This document shows, one piece after another, positions 50,311 to 59,491 of a stretch of DNA of 64,000 nucleotides (position 1 is its first letter; every line of letters begins with the position of its first letter). Source of the stretch: an uncultured Acidobacteriota bacterium (GTDB taxonomy: Bacteria; Acidobacteriota; Terriglobia; Acidiferrales; UBA7541); assembly GCA_963846145.1 (NCBI GenBank), contig CAWJUV010000005.1:210198-274197 (forward strand), in the 5' to 3' direction. The notes under the pieces are model-generated. The model worked only from the letters and a program-made list of their open reading frames with translations. It did no database searches and was not told the DNA's origin. A program made the position numbers and the translations under genes.

Positions 50311-50607
50311 TTATGCGGAAGTGGCTGCGGCTGCTTTTCTGCCGCCCAGATGAAAATTCAACGCGCTCTGCACTTTTTCTCTCGCGCGCAAAATCGCCGT
50401 TTCCAGACTCGGCGATTGCAATTTCTCCGCCGCGGCGCGCAAAGTGCTCACCGGATCCGCGCCGGTTTGTTTTCCGATCGCCGCTCCAATCGTTTCACGC
50501 TCCGCCAAGCGAATACTTTCTTCGGCCTGATTCACCAGTTGTTTCAAATCCTGCACCGCTTCGTGAGCGTCGCGAGTGATGCTTGCGCCTTCCAGATCGA
50601 TTGCCAT
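50311..50607 (-). CDS. Small helical hypothetical protein
   Basis: AGGAG RBS before ATG 50607; 98 aa rich in A/E/K/R/L. Confidence 0.65.
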   Translation of the reverse strand: MAIDLEGASITRDAHEAVQDLKQLVNQAEESIRLAERETIGAAIGKQTGADPVSTLRAAAEKLQSPSLETAILRAREKVQSALNFHLGGRKAAAATSA

Positions 50608-50735
50608 ATGAATGCTCCTGGGTATTTGTTTCTTGTAGGGAACGTAAGGATACACCCTTAACCTGCTTTCCTCCCAGGGATAAAAATCGCGCACTCATGT
50701 AACTTTTTGTTGCAGTTCGCCATCCCACAGACTCT

Positions 50736-51734
50736 ATGGCTACAGAAAAAGTAAAACTCGGTTCACAAGGCGCGATCGTATTCCGCATGGGCCTCGGTTG
50801 CATGGGCATGAGCGAATTCTACGGCGATCGCAATGACGCCGAATCGCAAGCAACTATTTTGCGCGCTCTCGATCTGGGAATTACATTTCTGGACACCGCC
50901 GACATGTACGGAATCGGCGACAACGAAGAGCTCGTCGGAAAAACCATCAAATCGCGGCGCGATGAAGTTTTTCTCGCGACGAAATTCGGCAACGTGCGCA
51001 AAAAAGATGATCCGTCTTTCTGGATGGTGAGCGGAAAACCAGAATATGTGCGTTCCGCATGCGATGCTTCGCTAAAACGCCTCGGCGTCGATCACATTGA
51101 CCTCTACTACCAGCATCGCGTCGATCCACAAACGCCAATCGAAGACACCGTCAGCGCAATGGCCGACCTCGTCAAAGCTGGAAAAGTAAAATATCTAGGA
51201 CTCTCCGAAGCTTCGCCCGCCACAATTCGCCGCGCCCACAAAATTCATCCCATCACCGCGTTACAAACCGAATATTCTTTGTGGGAACGTCACCCCGAAA
51301 AGGAAATTATTCCTACCTTGCGCGAACTGGGAATCGGATTTGTTCCCTACAGCCCTCTTGGCCGCGGATTTTTGACCGGCGCGATCAAAAGCAAAAGCGA
51401 TTTGGACCAAAGTGATGTTCGCATGCAACGCTTCCCGCGATTTGCAGCGGATAATTTCGATAAAAATCTCGAACTCGTTGATCGCGTGCAGAAAATCGCT
51501 GAGCGAAAAGGCGTAAAGCCCGGTCAACTCGCTCTCGCCTGGGTTTTAGCCAAAGGCAACGATCACTTTCCCATCCCCGGAACCAAGCGCCGCAAATATC
51601 TGGAGGAAAATGCCGCAGCCACCGACATTTCTCTCACCGCAGCGGAAATCGCCGAACTCGAAGCCGCCATTCCGCAACATGAAGTCGCCGGCGAACGCTA
51701 CGCCGAACACGCGCTCAAAGCCATCGACCGTTAA
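50736..51734 (+). CDS. Aldo/keto reductase
   Basis: [48 protein letters not shown]. Confidence 0.95.
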   Translation: MATEKVKLGSQGAIVFRMGLGCMGMSEFYGDRNDAESQATILRALDLGITFLDTADMYGIGDNEELVGKTIKSRRDEVFLATKFGNVRKKDDPSFWMVSGKPEYVRSACDASLKRLGVDHIDLYYQHRVDPQTPIEDTVSAMADLVKAGKVKYLGLSEASPATIRRAHKIHPITALQTEYSLWERHPEKEIIPTLRELGIGFVPYSPLGRGFLTGAIKSKSDLDQSDVRMQRFPRFAADNFDKNLELVDRVQKIAERKGVKPGQLALAWVLAKGNDHFPIPGTKRRKYLEENAAATDISLTAAEIAELEAAIPQHEVAGERYAEHALKAIDR

Positions 51735-51818
51735 TCGGCTTGACGCAAGATTTAGCGCATCATTTTCACGACCGATTCCTCCTATTCCTGTTTCGACTAG
51801 ACACCATTGCTTCAAACC

Positions 51819-53987
51819 TTATGGCAGCGAAAGGTCCAGTGCATAAACTTCGTCATCGCTTATGTCTCTCACCAACAGCGGCGAACCGTCCGGCGCAATT
51901 CCTGACCACATGCCGAAGTCCCCGTAATATCTCCGCACATCTTTTAAGTTGACGACCTGCTCGGGACGCCCTCCGGCACGCACGCGGTAAAAAGATGGAT
52001 CCGGTACCGAGCTTATCGTATCGAACAAGATCGTTTTCCCGTCCGCCATCCATGCCATGTAGCCGATCGTCCCGACGCCTTGCACCACCGTGGCGACTTC
52101 GTGTGTCTCGAGGTCATACAAGACAATGTCATCGTAAGTAGCGTGCGTCGCCATCAACGTTGTCCCGTCGAGTGACCATCGCGGACAACAGATTCCTTCG
52201 GTCTCTTGAAAGTCTGTCACCCGCCGACTTGCCAAATCCAATTCCTTAATGGAATAGCGGAGGCTCTTGCCGTCGCGTCTCTCTTCGCCAAAAGCCAGTT
52301 TTGTTCCATCCGGTGACCACGTTGCATCCAAATCGTGAAACGCGCCATTCGTGAGCTGCTCCGCCGGACCTCCGGCGGCAGAGATCACATAAATGTTCCA
52401 AGGTCGGCCCGGGCGCGTACCCGAGAAAGCAATGCGCTGGCCATCCGGCGACCAGTGTGGCAACGACACCCGAAGTGACGGCCCGGTCAGTTGGGCTGCC
52501 TCGCTTCCGTCGGCCCGCGCACGCCACAGCGTGCCGTCGGGATAACGAACGTAAGCGATGAACTTTCCGTCTCGCGTATATTCCGCGTCACCCGCGGAGA
52601 TACCCGAAAAAAGAGGTACAAACTTTTTTGTCTTCTGATCGTAACGCGCCAGTTCCGCGCGCGGTTCCGAGGCCGTCACCAGAAGCTTTGACGCCGCCGG
52701 CCCACCCGCTTCGACATAGAAATTTGGAGGCACGCTAGTTAGCGGCTGCGCTCTAGCAGGCCCTTTGCTCCAAAACGAATTCCGTTGCGGCTGTACCCAA
52801 ACTCTCGACGCCCCATTGAGGGTCGCGCCGAAAAAATAATAACGACCGTCAGCGCTCCACACGCCGCAGCATGGTTCGCCATCCGCCTGGGTCAGCTCCT
52901 TCAAGGCGCGGGTGAGTCCCGTGCCGTCGCCACGCGTCTCCCAGATCTCACGCTGGCCCGAAAGCTTTGAGTTCACGGAAAATCGCATTTTCGTTCCGTC
53001 GGGTGAGAACCGGAACCTGTTGACGTAGCCCTCCATGGAAAAAAGCTTTTGGGGATGCAAACCATCGGCGTCCGCGAAATAAACATCCTGCCGATTCGCA
53101 AAGACCAATTTCCCATCCGGCCGAAACGCTGCGTCGTCCGCTCGGACTCCATTCAGGTCCTGCAAAGAACCCGACGTGGTGTCCAGAATTTTAAGTGGGT
53201 ACGGACCATCACCCGGAGATGGGATAACGATCAAGAGTTTTCTGCCGTCCGTCGAGACATCCGTGAGAGACATTCCCGGCGCCGAGGTGTCTAGCACCGT
53301 CGGCGTTCCGCCTGCCGCCGGCAGCTTGAGTAAAGAGAGTCGCTCGCCAACACCGGTATCCTCGTTGTAGTAGATAAATCCGCCGCCGGCATGCACATTG
53401 CCCTTCGGATTTCCCCCGAATGTCATTTGCGTGGTGTCGACTACGTACGGTACGGCTTTGGGCGCTCGCACAGCTACCGCAACAGCAATAACTGCGATCA
53501 AAAGAAAAATCCCAGCAGCAACGCTGGCGACCCGGAATCCCCGCGCTATCGGCGGGGGAGCACCTGCAATCGCTGTTGTCTTCTCCAAGCTTCCTTGTGC
53601 TTTTAGCGAGCCGGTAGCCTGCAGTATCTTGACGGGCGCCAGAAACCGGTAACCGCGTCGAGGAACGGTCTCAATAAAAATAGGCATGTCGGCGGAATCA
53701 CTGAGCGCCTCTCTCAACCTCTTGATCGCGGTGTTGAGGCTCGTGTCGAAATCAACAAAAGTATCTGCTTGCCACACCGTGGCATGCAGCTCTTCGCGCG
53801 TAACCAGTTCGCCCGAACCTTCGAGTAGTTTGCGCAGAACCAAGAAGGGCTGCTCCTGCAGCCGCATCCGCACACCATTTTTCCGCAGTTCACCCGAACG
53901 GCCGTCCAATTCGAACGTCCCAAATTGATAACGGACGCTCTCGGGCTCGGGACTTTCGCGTGAATGCTCTGACATGGGCTTCATCAT
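51819..53987 (-). CDS. wHTH (Trans_reg_C) + TM + TolB-like beta-propeller protein
   Basis: YQFGTFELD, LQEQPFLVL, IKRLREAL, IETVPRRGYRF; one TM segment; repeated WSPDG/FSPDG motifs. Confidence 0.9.
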   Translation of the reverse strand: MMKPMSEHSRESPEPESVRYQFGTFELDGRSGELRKNGVRMRLQEQPFLVLRKLLEGSGELVTREELHATVWQADTFVDFDTSLNTAIKRLREALSDSADMPIFIETVPRRGYRFLAPVKILQATGSLKAQGSLEKTTAIAGAPPPIARGFRVASVAAGIFLLIAVIAVAVAVRAPKAVPYVVDTTQMTFGGNPKGNVHAGGGFIYYNEDTGVGERLSLLKLPAAGGTPTVLDTSAPGMSLTDVSTDGRKLLIVIPSPGDGPYPLKILDTTSGSLQDLNGVRADDAAFRPDGKLVFANRQDVYFADADGLHPQKLFSMEGYVNRFRFSPDGTKMRFSVNSKLSGQREIWETRGDGTGLTRALKELTQADGEPCCGVWSADGRYYFFGATLNGASRVWVQPQRNSFWSKGPARAQPLTSVPPNFYVEAGGPAASKLLVTASEPRAELARYDQKTKKFVPLFSGISAGDAEYTRDGKFIAYVRYPDGTLWRARADGSEAAQLTGPSLRVSLPHWSPDGQRIAFSGTRPGRPWNIYVISAAGGPAEQLTNGAFHDLDATWSPDGTKLAFGEERRDGKSLRYSIKELDLASRRVTDFQETEGICCPRWSLDGTTLMATHATYDDIVLYDLETHEVATVVQGVGTIGYMAWMADGKTILFDTISSVPDPSFYRVRAGGRPEQVVNLKDVRRYYGDFGMWSGIAPDGSPLLVRDISDDEVYALDLSLP

Positions 53988-54160
53988 GGCCTATAAGACG
54001 CAAGCAGGGGGATGATTTGTTCCGCGACGACATGTCAGACAGAGCGGTAACTCGCTCCGAATCACTGTTCTGCGTTGTCAGATACGTTCCAGACTGCCGT
54101 CAGACTTCCACTATGGCTCTGCAACCCCAATGAACCCACATTTGGCGCAGTCCTGCCGCT

Positions 54161-55045
54161 GTGGAGGGTCGCGCCTTGCCACCGAAAGCCATTCTCATTT
54201 TGCTTGTCGTCGCATTCGGCACGCTTCCAGGCGCATTTCTATCCGGCGCCGAGCATCCCCTGGCAGCCAGCACGTTCCGATTGCCGCTCGAAGTCTTCGA
54301 CGGCTATTTGTTCGTGGTGGAGGGCAGCGTCGGCGCGAGACATGGCCTGAAGTTTCTGTTGGATACGGGCGCTACCCACACCACCGTCGACCGCAAGCTC
54401 ATCCAGGGTGCCAAGCATGAGATTCAAAAGGTCAAAATCGTCAGCGGCGGTAGTGTGATCGCTGTCGACCAGACCAGATTGCCGCAACTAAGTCTGGGAG
54501 CTCTTGACGCTAGAGATCTGAACGTTACCGTGGCCGACCTCAGCTATCTGCGCGGCAATGGAGTGTCCATCGACGCGATCATCGGACTGGACTTACTGTC
54601 GCCGCAAACTCTTTTCCTCGACATCGCGCACAAGCAAGCCGTGTTCGGCGCCGATATTCAACTCAGGCATCACGTTCCGTTACATGCTGACGTTTTCTCA
54701 TTTCAAGTTCCCGTCGAAATCGACACTCACACCGTCTGGATGATTGCCGACACTGGCACGCCAACGCCTCTTTTCTTCGTAGAACGCCTCGGCAATCTAA
54801 ACATCGCTTGTCACATGGCCGGCCACATCGTGGGCACCACCGTCGCCGGCGCGCTAGATTCCAGAATCGCTTTTGTTTCGCGCATCCAAATCGCCGGGCA
54901 AGCCCTGGACCGACGCGTTTACCTCATCGCCACCCCGAACTCCAAGGTCTTCGAAAACACCGCCGGCTACCTTAGCATCGCTTCACTCCACGCCAGCCAA
55001 ATCCTGTTCGACTTCCGGAAAGGTGAACTGCGCTGGTCGAACTAA
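54161..55045 (+). CDS. Secreted tandem retropepsin-like aspartyl protease
   Basis: Signal-like N-terminus; FLLDTGATHT, IIGLDLL and a second MIADTGT motif. Confidence 0.8.
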   Translation: MEGRALPPKAILILLVVAFGTLPGAFLSGAEHPLAASTFRLPLEVFDGYLFVVEGSVGARHGLKFLLDTGATHTTVDRKLIQGAKHEIQKVKIVSGGSVIAVDQTRLPQLSLGALDARDLNVTVADLSYLRGNGVSIDAIIGLDLLSPQTLFLDIAHKQAVFGADIQLRHHVPLHADVFSFQVPVEIDTHTVWMIADTGTPTPLFFVERLGNLNIACHMAGHIVGTTVAGALDSRIAFVSRIQIAGQALDRRVYLIATPNSKVFENTAGYLSIASLHASQILFDFRKGELRWSN

Positions 55046-55071
55046 AACGCGCAAGCTGCTTCCAAAGCTCA

Positions 55072-55341
55072 TCGTGCACAGTTCGCGCTCAGTCGAGCGT
55101 TTCTGCGCACCGCTGGATTGGAGGAAAATTGGAAACTACCTTAGAATCAAGACTGCACTTCATGTCGGGGCGTAGCGCAGCCTGGTAGCGCGCCTGCCTT
55201 GGGCGCACACTCCGACACTCCGACGACTCCATCCTCTTCTTCTAACCATTATTGTTTCCAACAAATCGGGGATTCTGCTTTCGCTCAAAAGCTATCCCTA
55301 ATACCCTAGAAATGATGCATTCGTGCACAGTCCGCGCACAG
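55072..55341 (+). repeat. Imperfect 21-bp direct repeats (integrase arm-like) flanking a tRNA fragment
   Basis: TCGTGCACAGTTCGCGCTCAG (55072-55092) vs TCGTGCACAGTCCGCGCACAG (55321-55341), 2 mismatches. Each holds two GYGC(A/T)CAG octamers 11 bp apart. Confidence 0.7.
55166..55207 (+). pseudogene. 5' half of tRNA-Pro(TGG), truncated in the anticodon stem
   Basis: CGGGGCG TA GCGC AGCCTGGTA GCGC G CCTGC CT TGG GC GCA, then unrelated sequence (no T arm or CCA). Preceded by TTGGAG-N18-TAGAAT. Confidence 0.85.
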
Positions 55342-55617
55342 AACGGCGTTAAACCCTTGTCGCGATGCGCCGCACTGCGCACGGTTAGCTCCATAAGTCT
55401 AAGGGCTGGTGGTGCCCTAAGGAAGCCGTGATGATGGGTATTGCCTCTCGTTAGCCGGACGACTTAGAGGGCAGCGCAATGTCACAATGTCCGATTAGCG
55501 CGTTACGCAGGCATGTGGATTACTTCCGGGTAGCCCGTTATCCACCGGGAACCCTGGACCCAGCCACTCCAGATGGTGAGCCATTGACTGCTCACAAAAA
55601 GTAACGAATAGCGAGAT

Positions 55618-56607
55618 TCATTGTTTCAATAGTTGTGGGATGGGGATTCGCGAAAGCAAGCCCTTCTTGTAGTCCGTCAGCCACAGCGAATCGAACCCAA
55701 AGCGAAGAGAGTCCCCGCCCTTGCCGACCCATTGCCTCACGACCCGGTTCGTACTGGCATCGATTCGGGTGAGTGGTACGGCTAACACTGTCGGCCACAC
55801 AGATTCGCCTCCATAGTCGATGTCACCACCCGCACCGGGTATGCCGACTTGAATTGTGGCGATCACTTTCCTGCTTTTTTCATCAACCCGGCTGACGCTC
55901 CCATCCCCTTGGTTAAGCGTCCAAACAGAACCCCCACCAACAGTAAGAAAGCGAGGTTTCGGTCCGACAGCCATCGACTCCAGCACTTTGCCAGTAGAGG
56001 CTTCCACGGCAGTGAGGACACTGCTATCGACTCCGGTGATCCAGACAATGCCATCACTGAAAAGCGGGTTATAAGAACCCGGTGCTATCGAGATTTTCTC
56101 GCGCACATTGTTCGTAGACGGATCGATCCGGTTGAGAGTGCCGTTCTTGTCCGACACGATCCACACGCTATCTTCACTGGCTGTGATCCCTCCCTCTGGG
56201 CCAGCCGGCGGTATAGGGAGTGTGGCACTAATCAAATTCTTAGTGGCATCGACCCGAACAAGCGAAGACTTCTTCCCGCAGACGGGGACCCAGATGCTGC
56301 CGAATCCCGAAGCCAGGCCGGAGCAAGCCTCCCCGGGCACTTTTATGGTGGCGAGAATCTTGTTGGTTGACGGATCAATTCGGAGCACGGCGTAGGGTTT
56401 CGTGCTCGCAACCCAGACAGCATCTTCGGTGACTAGCGCCCAATCCGCTGTACCGCCAATCTTGATTGTCACCGATGGTTTCAAGAAAGCAGACGCAACC
56501 TGAACCTCCTTCACTCCCGGCTTCGACACGTTCCATTCGGAGCTAGGCGTCTGAGCAACAGTAACCAATGTGCTGGCCGCGAGGATGAGGGTAAGGGCGA
56601 CTTTCAT
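55618..56607 (-). CDS. Secreted beta-propeller protein (Vgb-lyase/YVTN-like)
   Basis: Signal peptide; repeats of GFGSIWV, GGGSVW, ..RIDP.TN.V.. Confidence 0.8.
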   Translation of the reverse strand: MKVALTLILAASTLVTVAQTPSSEWNVSKPGVKEVQVASAFLKPSVTIKIGGTADWALVTEDAVWVASTKPYAVLRIDPSTNKILATIKVPGEACSGLASGFGSIWVPVCGKKSSLVRVDATKNLISATLPIPPAGPEGGITASEDSVWIVSDKNGTLNRIDPSTNNVREKISIAPGSYNPLFSDGIVWITGVDSSVLTAVEASTGKVLESMAVGPKPRFLTVGGGSVWTLNQGDGSVSRVDEKSRKVIATIQVGIPGAGGDIDYGGESVWPTVLAVPLTRIDASTNRVVRQWVGKGGDSLRFGFDSLWLTDYKKGLLSRIPIPQLLKQ

Positions 56608-56882
56608 TTCCGCAATGCTATGGATGCAGGGGTTCGGAGTCAAATCAGTTAAGGTCGATGTGAGCCAACGTAAAATCGCAGTTGTCGAGAAATCGCGTTA
56701 TCAATAAAGATGCCTGAAAATCGGACAAGTAGTTTAACCTGAGCCAACTTCTTCGATAAGTGCATTACTCATCAACTAAGACAAACCATAATGCGAACTG
56801 GAGTGTTGCGTCGCCGCAATGTATCCGGTGGATATCGGAGGTGGTCAGCACAAACGATGCGCGTCTAGGACGATGTCGAACG

Positions 56883-57260
56883 TTAATTTCGCGCCGAGGC
56901 GAGAACGTCTTGAACGCACATGGCTAACTGCCGCATTCCGTCCGGCTTCGACAGTACGGCGTTTACCCCGATAGCGGATGTCAAGGCTCTCCCGAGGTTT
57001 TCGCTGTGCATGGTGAAGAGAATTATCAAAATACTTGGCGTCGTCTTCTTTAATACTGACGCCACTTCTACTCCGTTCATGCGTGGCATTGAAAGGTCAA
57101 GCAAAACCAAATCTGGTTTCAAAGTCTTCGCCTGCTCGATGGTATCCAATCCGTCCACGGCCTCACCGCAAATTTCTACGCCTGAAAGTCCTTTCAGAAA
57201 TTCGCGTATCACCATACGTACATCTGCGCTGTCGTCGGCTATCAATATTCGTGACCGCAT
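56883..57260 (-). CDS. Single-domain response regulator
   Basis: ILIADD, LVLLDLSMPRMNG, ILFT, VLSK; no output domain. Confidence 0.88.
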   Translation of the reverse strand: MRSRILIADDSADVRMVIREFLKGLSGVEICGEAVDGLDTIEQAKTLKPDLVLLDLSMPRMNGVEVASVLKKTTPSILIILFTMHSENLGRALTSAIGVNAVLSKPDGMRQLAMCVQDVLASARN

Positions 57261-57348
57261 ATTCCAATGAATGTCCATCGGTTTTGTGATATTCCCAATA
57301 CAGTTGTACCCGTATTGTCGGATCAGCTACAGAAACCGGAGGACCGAA

Positions 57349-57591
57349 ATGGGAAGGAAGACGGTTAAGACCACAAAACCTGGGGTAGTGCAGAAAATTA
57401 TCGTGCCTCCTGTTCCAGGAGAGCCCGAGAAGGCACAAATTGTTATCCAGGGTGGTGACGAACTGTATCGCGAAATCCGCATCGAGAATGCCTTAGAAGA
57501 TGAAAGCGGCAAGCAAGTGAAGTTAAAGCCTGGGGCTCACGTGGATGTCACCGTGGAGGCTAATTCAAATGATACGGATTCTACAAAGTAG
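57349..57591 (+). CDS. Small hypothetical protein
   Basis: GGAGG RBS; PEKAQIVIQGGDELYREIRIENALEDESGKQVKLKPGAHVDVTVEA. Confidence 0.75.
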   Translation: MGRKTVKTTKPGVVQKIIVPPVPGEPEKAQIVIQGGDELYREIRIENALEDESGKQVKLKPGAHVDVTVEANSNDTDSTK

Positions 57592-57805
57592 CTACCGCAA
57601 GACTTCGTAGGTCGGCGTTTGAAGCGGACGTAGGTCCGATGCCTAAATTCGGTGGGGACTCAATGGTAGCCCTCAACTAAATGTTACTCTGTGCCGAAAT
57701 CGCAAGCTTCGATTGCCATTGGCCGCCAACTCTTGATAAGTCGGATAACCGGACACTGGACGGTACCGGGCCTCACCTGTAAATTCTGAGTTTGGGGGCG
57801 TTGCT

Positions 57806-58711
57806 ATGACTTCTTTCCGATTGCTGCTTCTGGGTTCGCTTCTAGTACCGCCAATCGCAACTTCAGCACAGGCACTAGACACCACAAAAATTGACCAGAT
57901 GTTAGGTAGGTCAGGCCAAAAAACGGGGGATGTTTACAAAGTCGGATTCCCAAGGACGGACCTTCGTGTGTCGGTTGACGGATTAGCCATTAAACCGGGT
58001 TTAGCCCTCAGTTCATGGGCTGCCTTCACCGGTACGGATGACAATGGGATGGTCATGGGCGATTTGGTATTGCTTGAGGACGAGCTGAATCCAGTGATGG
58101 AGAAACTGCGCTCGGTCGGCTTTGAGATTTCGGCGGTGCATAACCATCTGCTCGGCGAAACTCCGCGCATAGTCTACATGCACTACATGGGACATGGCAC
58201 AGCGTCCCAACTCGCAACTTCTTTGCGAGCTGCTCTGGCAGTCTCCAAAACACCCCTTGAAAAACCAGCCCCTCTCGCCGAGGAGCCGACTCCTCCCAAG
58301 TGGGTGAAGGCCGTAGAAGACAGTGTGGGACGAAAGGGAACCTTCAAGGCGGGCGTCTTATCGTATGGGGTGCCCCGCTCTCAAGCGGTCACGCTGAACA
58401 CGGCCAAAGACCCGCTCGGTATCATGAATCGCGCTACAGTACCTCCCGCAGCTGGCGTGGCAGAAGCAATCAATTTTCAGGAGGCGGACGCCGGAAATGT
58501 AGCCACAACCGGTGACTTTGTGCTGACGGGCGAGGAGGTGAACGCGGTCATTTCGGAATTGGAAGCGCACCACATTTTAGTCACCGCCTTGCATAGCCAC
58601 ATGCTCACTGAACAACCTCGTTTATTCTTTATGCACTTTTGGGGCGTCGGCGGCCCGGGGGCGATTGGTGCGGGGATCGCAGCGGCCTTGAAGCATGTAT
58701 CAACAAAATAA
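57806..58711 (+). CDS. DUF1259 (LppY/LpqO-like) secreted two-repeat protein
   Basis: Signal peptide; MVMGDLVLLEDE..PV, SAVHNHL, YMHY; repeat TTGDFVL.GEEV, TALHSHM, FMHFW. Confidence 0.85.
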   Translation: MTSFRLLLLGSLLVPPIATSAQALDTTKIDQMLGRSGQKTGDVYKVGFPRTDLRVSVDGLAIKPGLALSSWAAFTGTDDNGMVMGDLVLLEDELNPVMEKLRSVGFEISAVHNHLLGETPRIVYMHYMGHGTASQLATSLRAALAVSKTPLEKPAPLAEEPTPPKWVKAVEDSVGRKGTFKAGVLSYGVPRSQAVTLNTAKDPLGIMNRATVPPAAGVAEAINFQEADAGNVATTGDFVLTGEEVNAVISELEAHHILVTALHSHMLTEQPRLFFMHFWGVGGPGAIGAGIAAALKHVSTK

Positions 58712-58805
58712 AGACTGCCGGCCATGACGGTAGTTTCTCCCAGTTAGAATGGGCCCGGGGCTGACCTAACGAGTCTGAGCCACGAGGCTACTTTCGGACA
58801 TTCGT

Positions 58806-59459
58806 TTAAGTGCTGTCTTTGACGAGGAGTGGTAAGTCGTGGGCCAGGTCCTTTTCCGTTATGCCTGCTGGATAAATTACGCGAGCCAGGTTGTTCTTCG
58901 TATAGGCCAGGACAAATGCCGCGTGACCTACTTCGTAGGGTTTGTCCGGGCCCGATGAAGATCTGGTAGCGGGAGAGAGATTCGCGGCGGTCTGAGCGGC
59001 GTCAATGGCGGATTGGGTTCCGGTCAAACCGATAATGCGTCGATCGAAATGGTTAAGCCACGTACGCAGAGCCTGCGGATGGTCTCGCTGAGGGTCGGTG
59101 GTGACAAAAACCACTTTGAATTGCTTGGCGAGTTCTGGCGGGGACTCCTTGAGCGCCTGCGCGATCAAGGACATTTGCGAGGGGCAGATATCAGGGCAAT
59201 GCGCGTAACCGAAGAACAGGAAGGTGACGTAGCCCTCCGTCTTCGCGGCGAAATCGAAAGGCTTACCGTCCGTGTCGGTGAGCGTGAACTTGGGTTTTGG
59301 GATTGGCGGAGACACCAGGCCTCCGCGATAGTCCGGCATTTTTTGTGAGGCAGCCGCGGGTCTATCGGCTCGGGGTTGTTCCTGCCCCGAAAGTCGCTGA
59401 CCCGTGGCTACCAGTAGGAAGAGACCAAACAACAAGGCCCGTCCGCATTGCATTCTCAT
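58806..59459 (-). CDS. SCO-family copper chaperone
   Basis: FTLTDTDG, FFGYAHCPDICP (CxxxC), FVTTDPQRD, YEVGH. Confidence 0.92.
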   Translation of the reverse strand: MRMQCGRALLFGLFLLVATGQRLSGQEQPRADRPAAASQKMPDYRGGLVSPPIPKPKFTLTDTDGKPFDFAAKTEGYVTFLFFGYAHCPDICPSQMSLIAQALKESPPELAKQFKVVFVTTDPQRDHPQALRTWLNHFDRRIIGLTGTQSAIDAAQTAANLSPATRSSSGPDKPYEVGHAAFVLAYTKNNLARVIYPAGITEKDLAHDLPLLVKDST

Positions 59460-59491
59460 GGGAACCTAGCTCGTTTGATCTAATGCCGTTG

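Noticed and set aside
55240-55270. IHF site in the att-like arm
   Set aside because: AT-rich but does not match WATCAA-N4-TTR.
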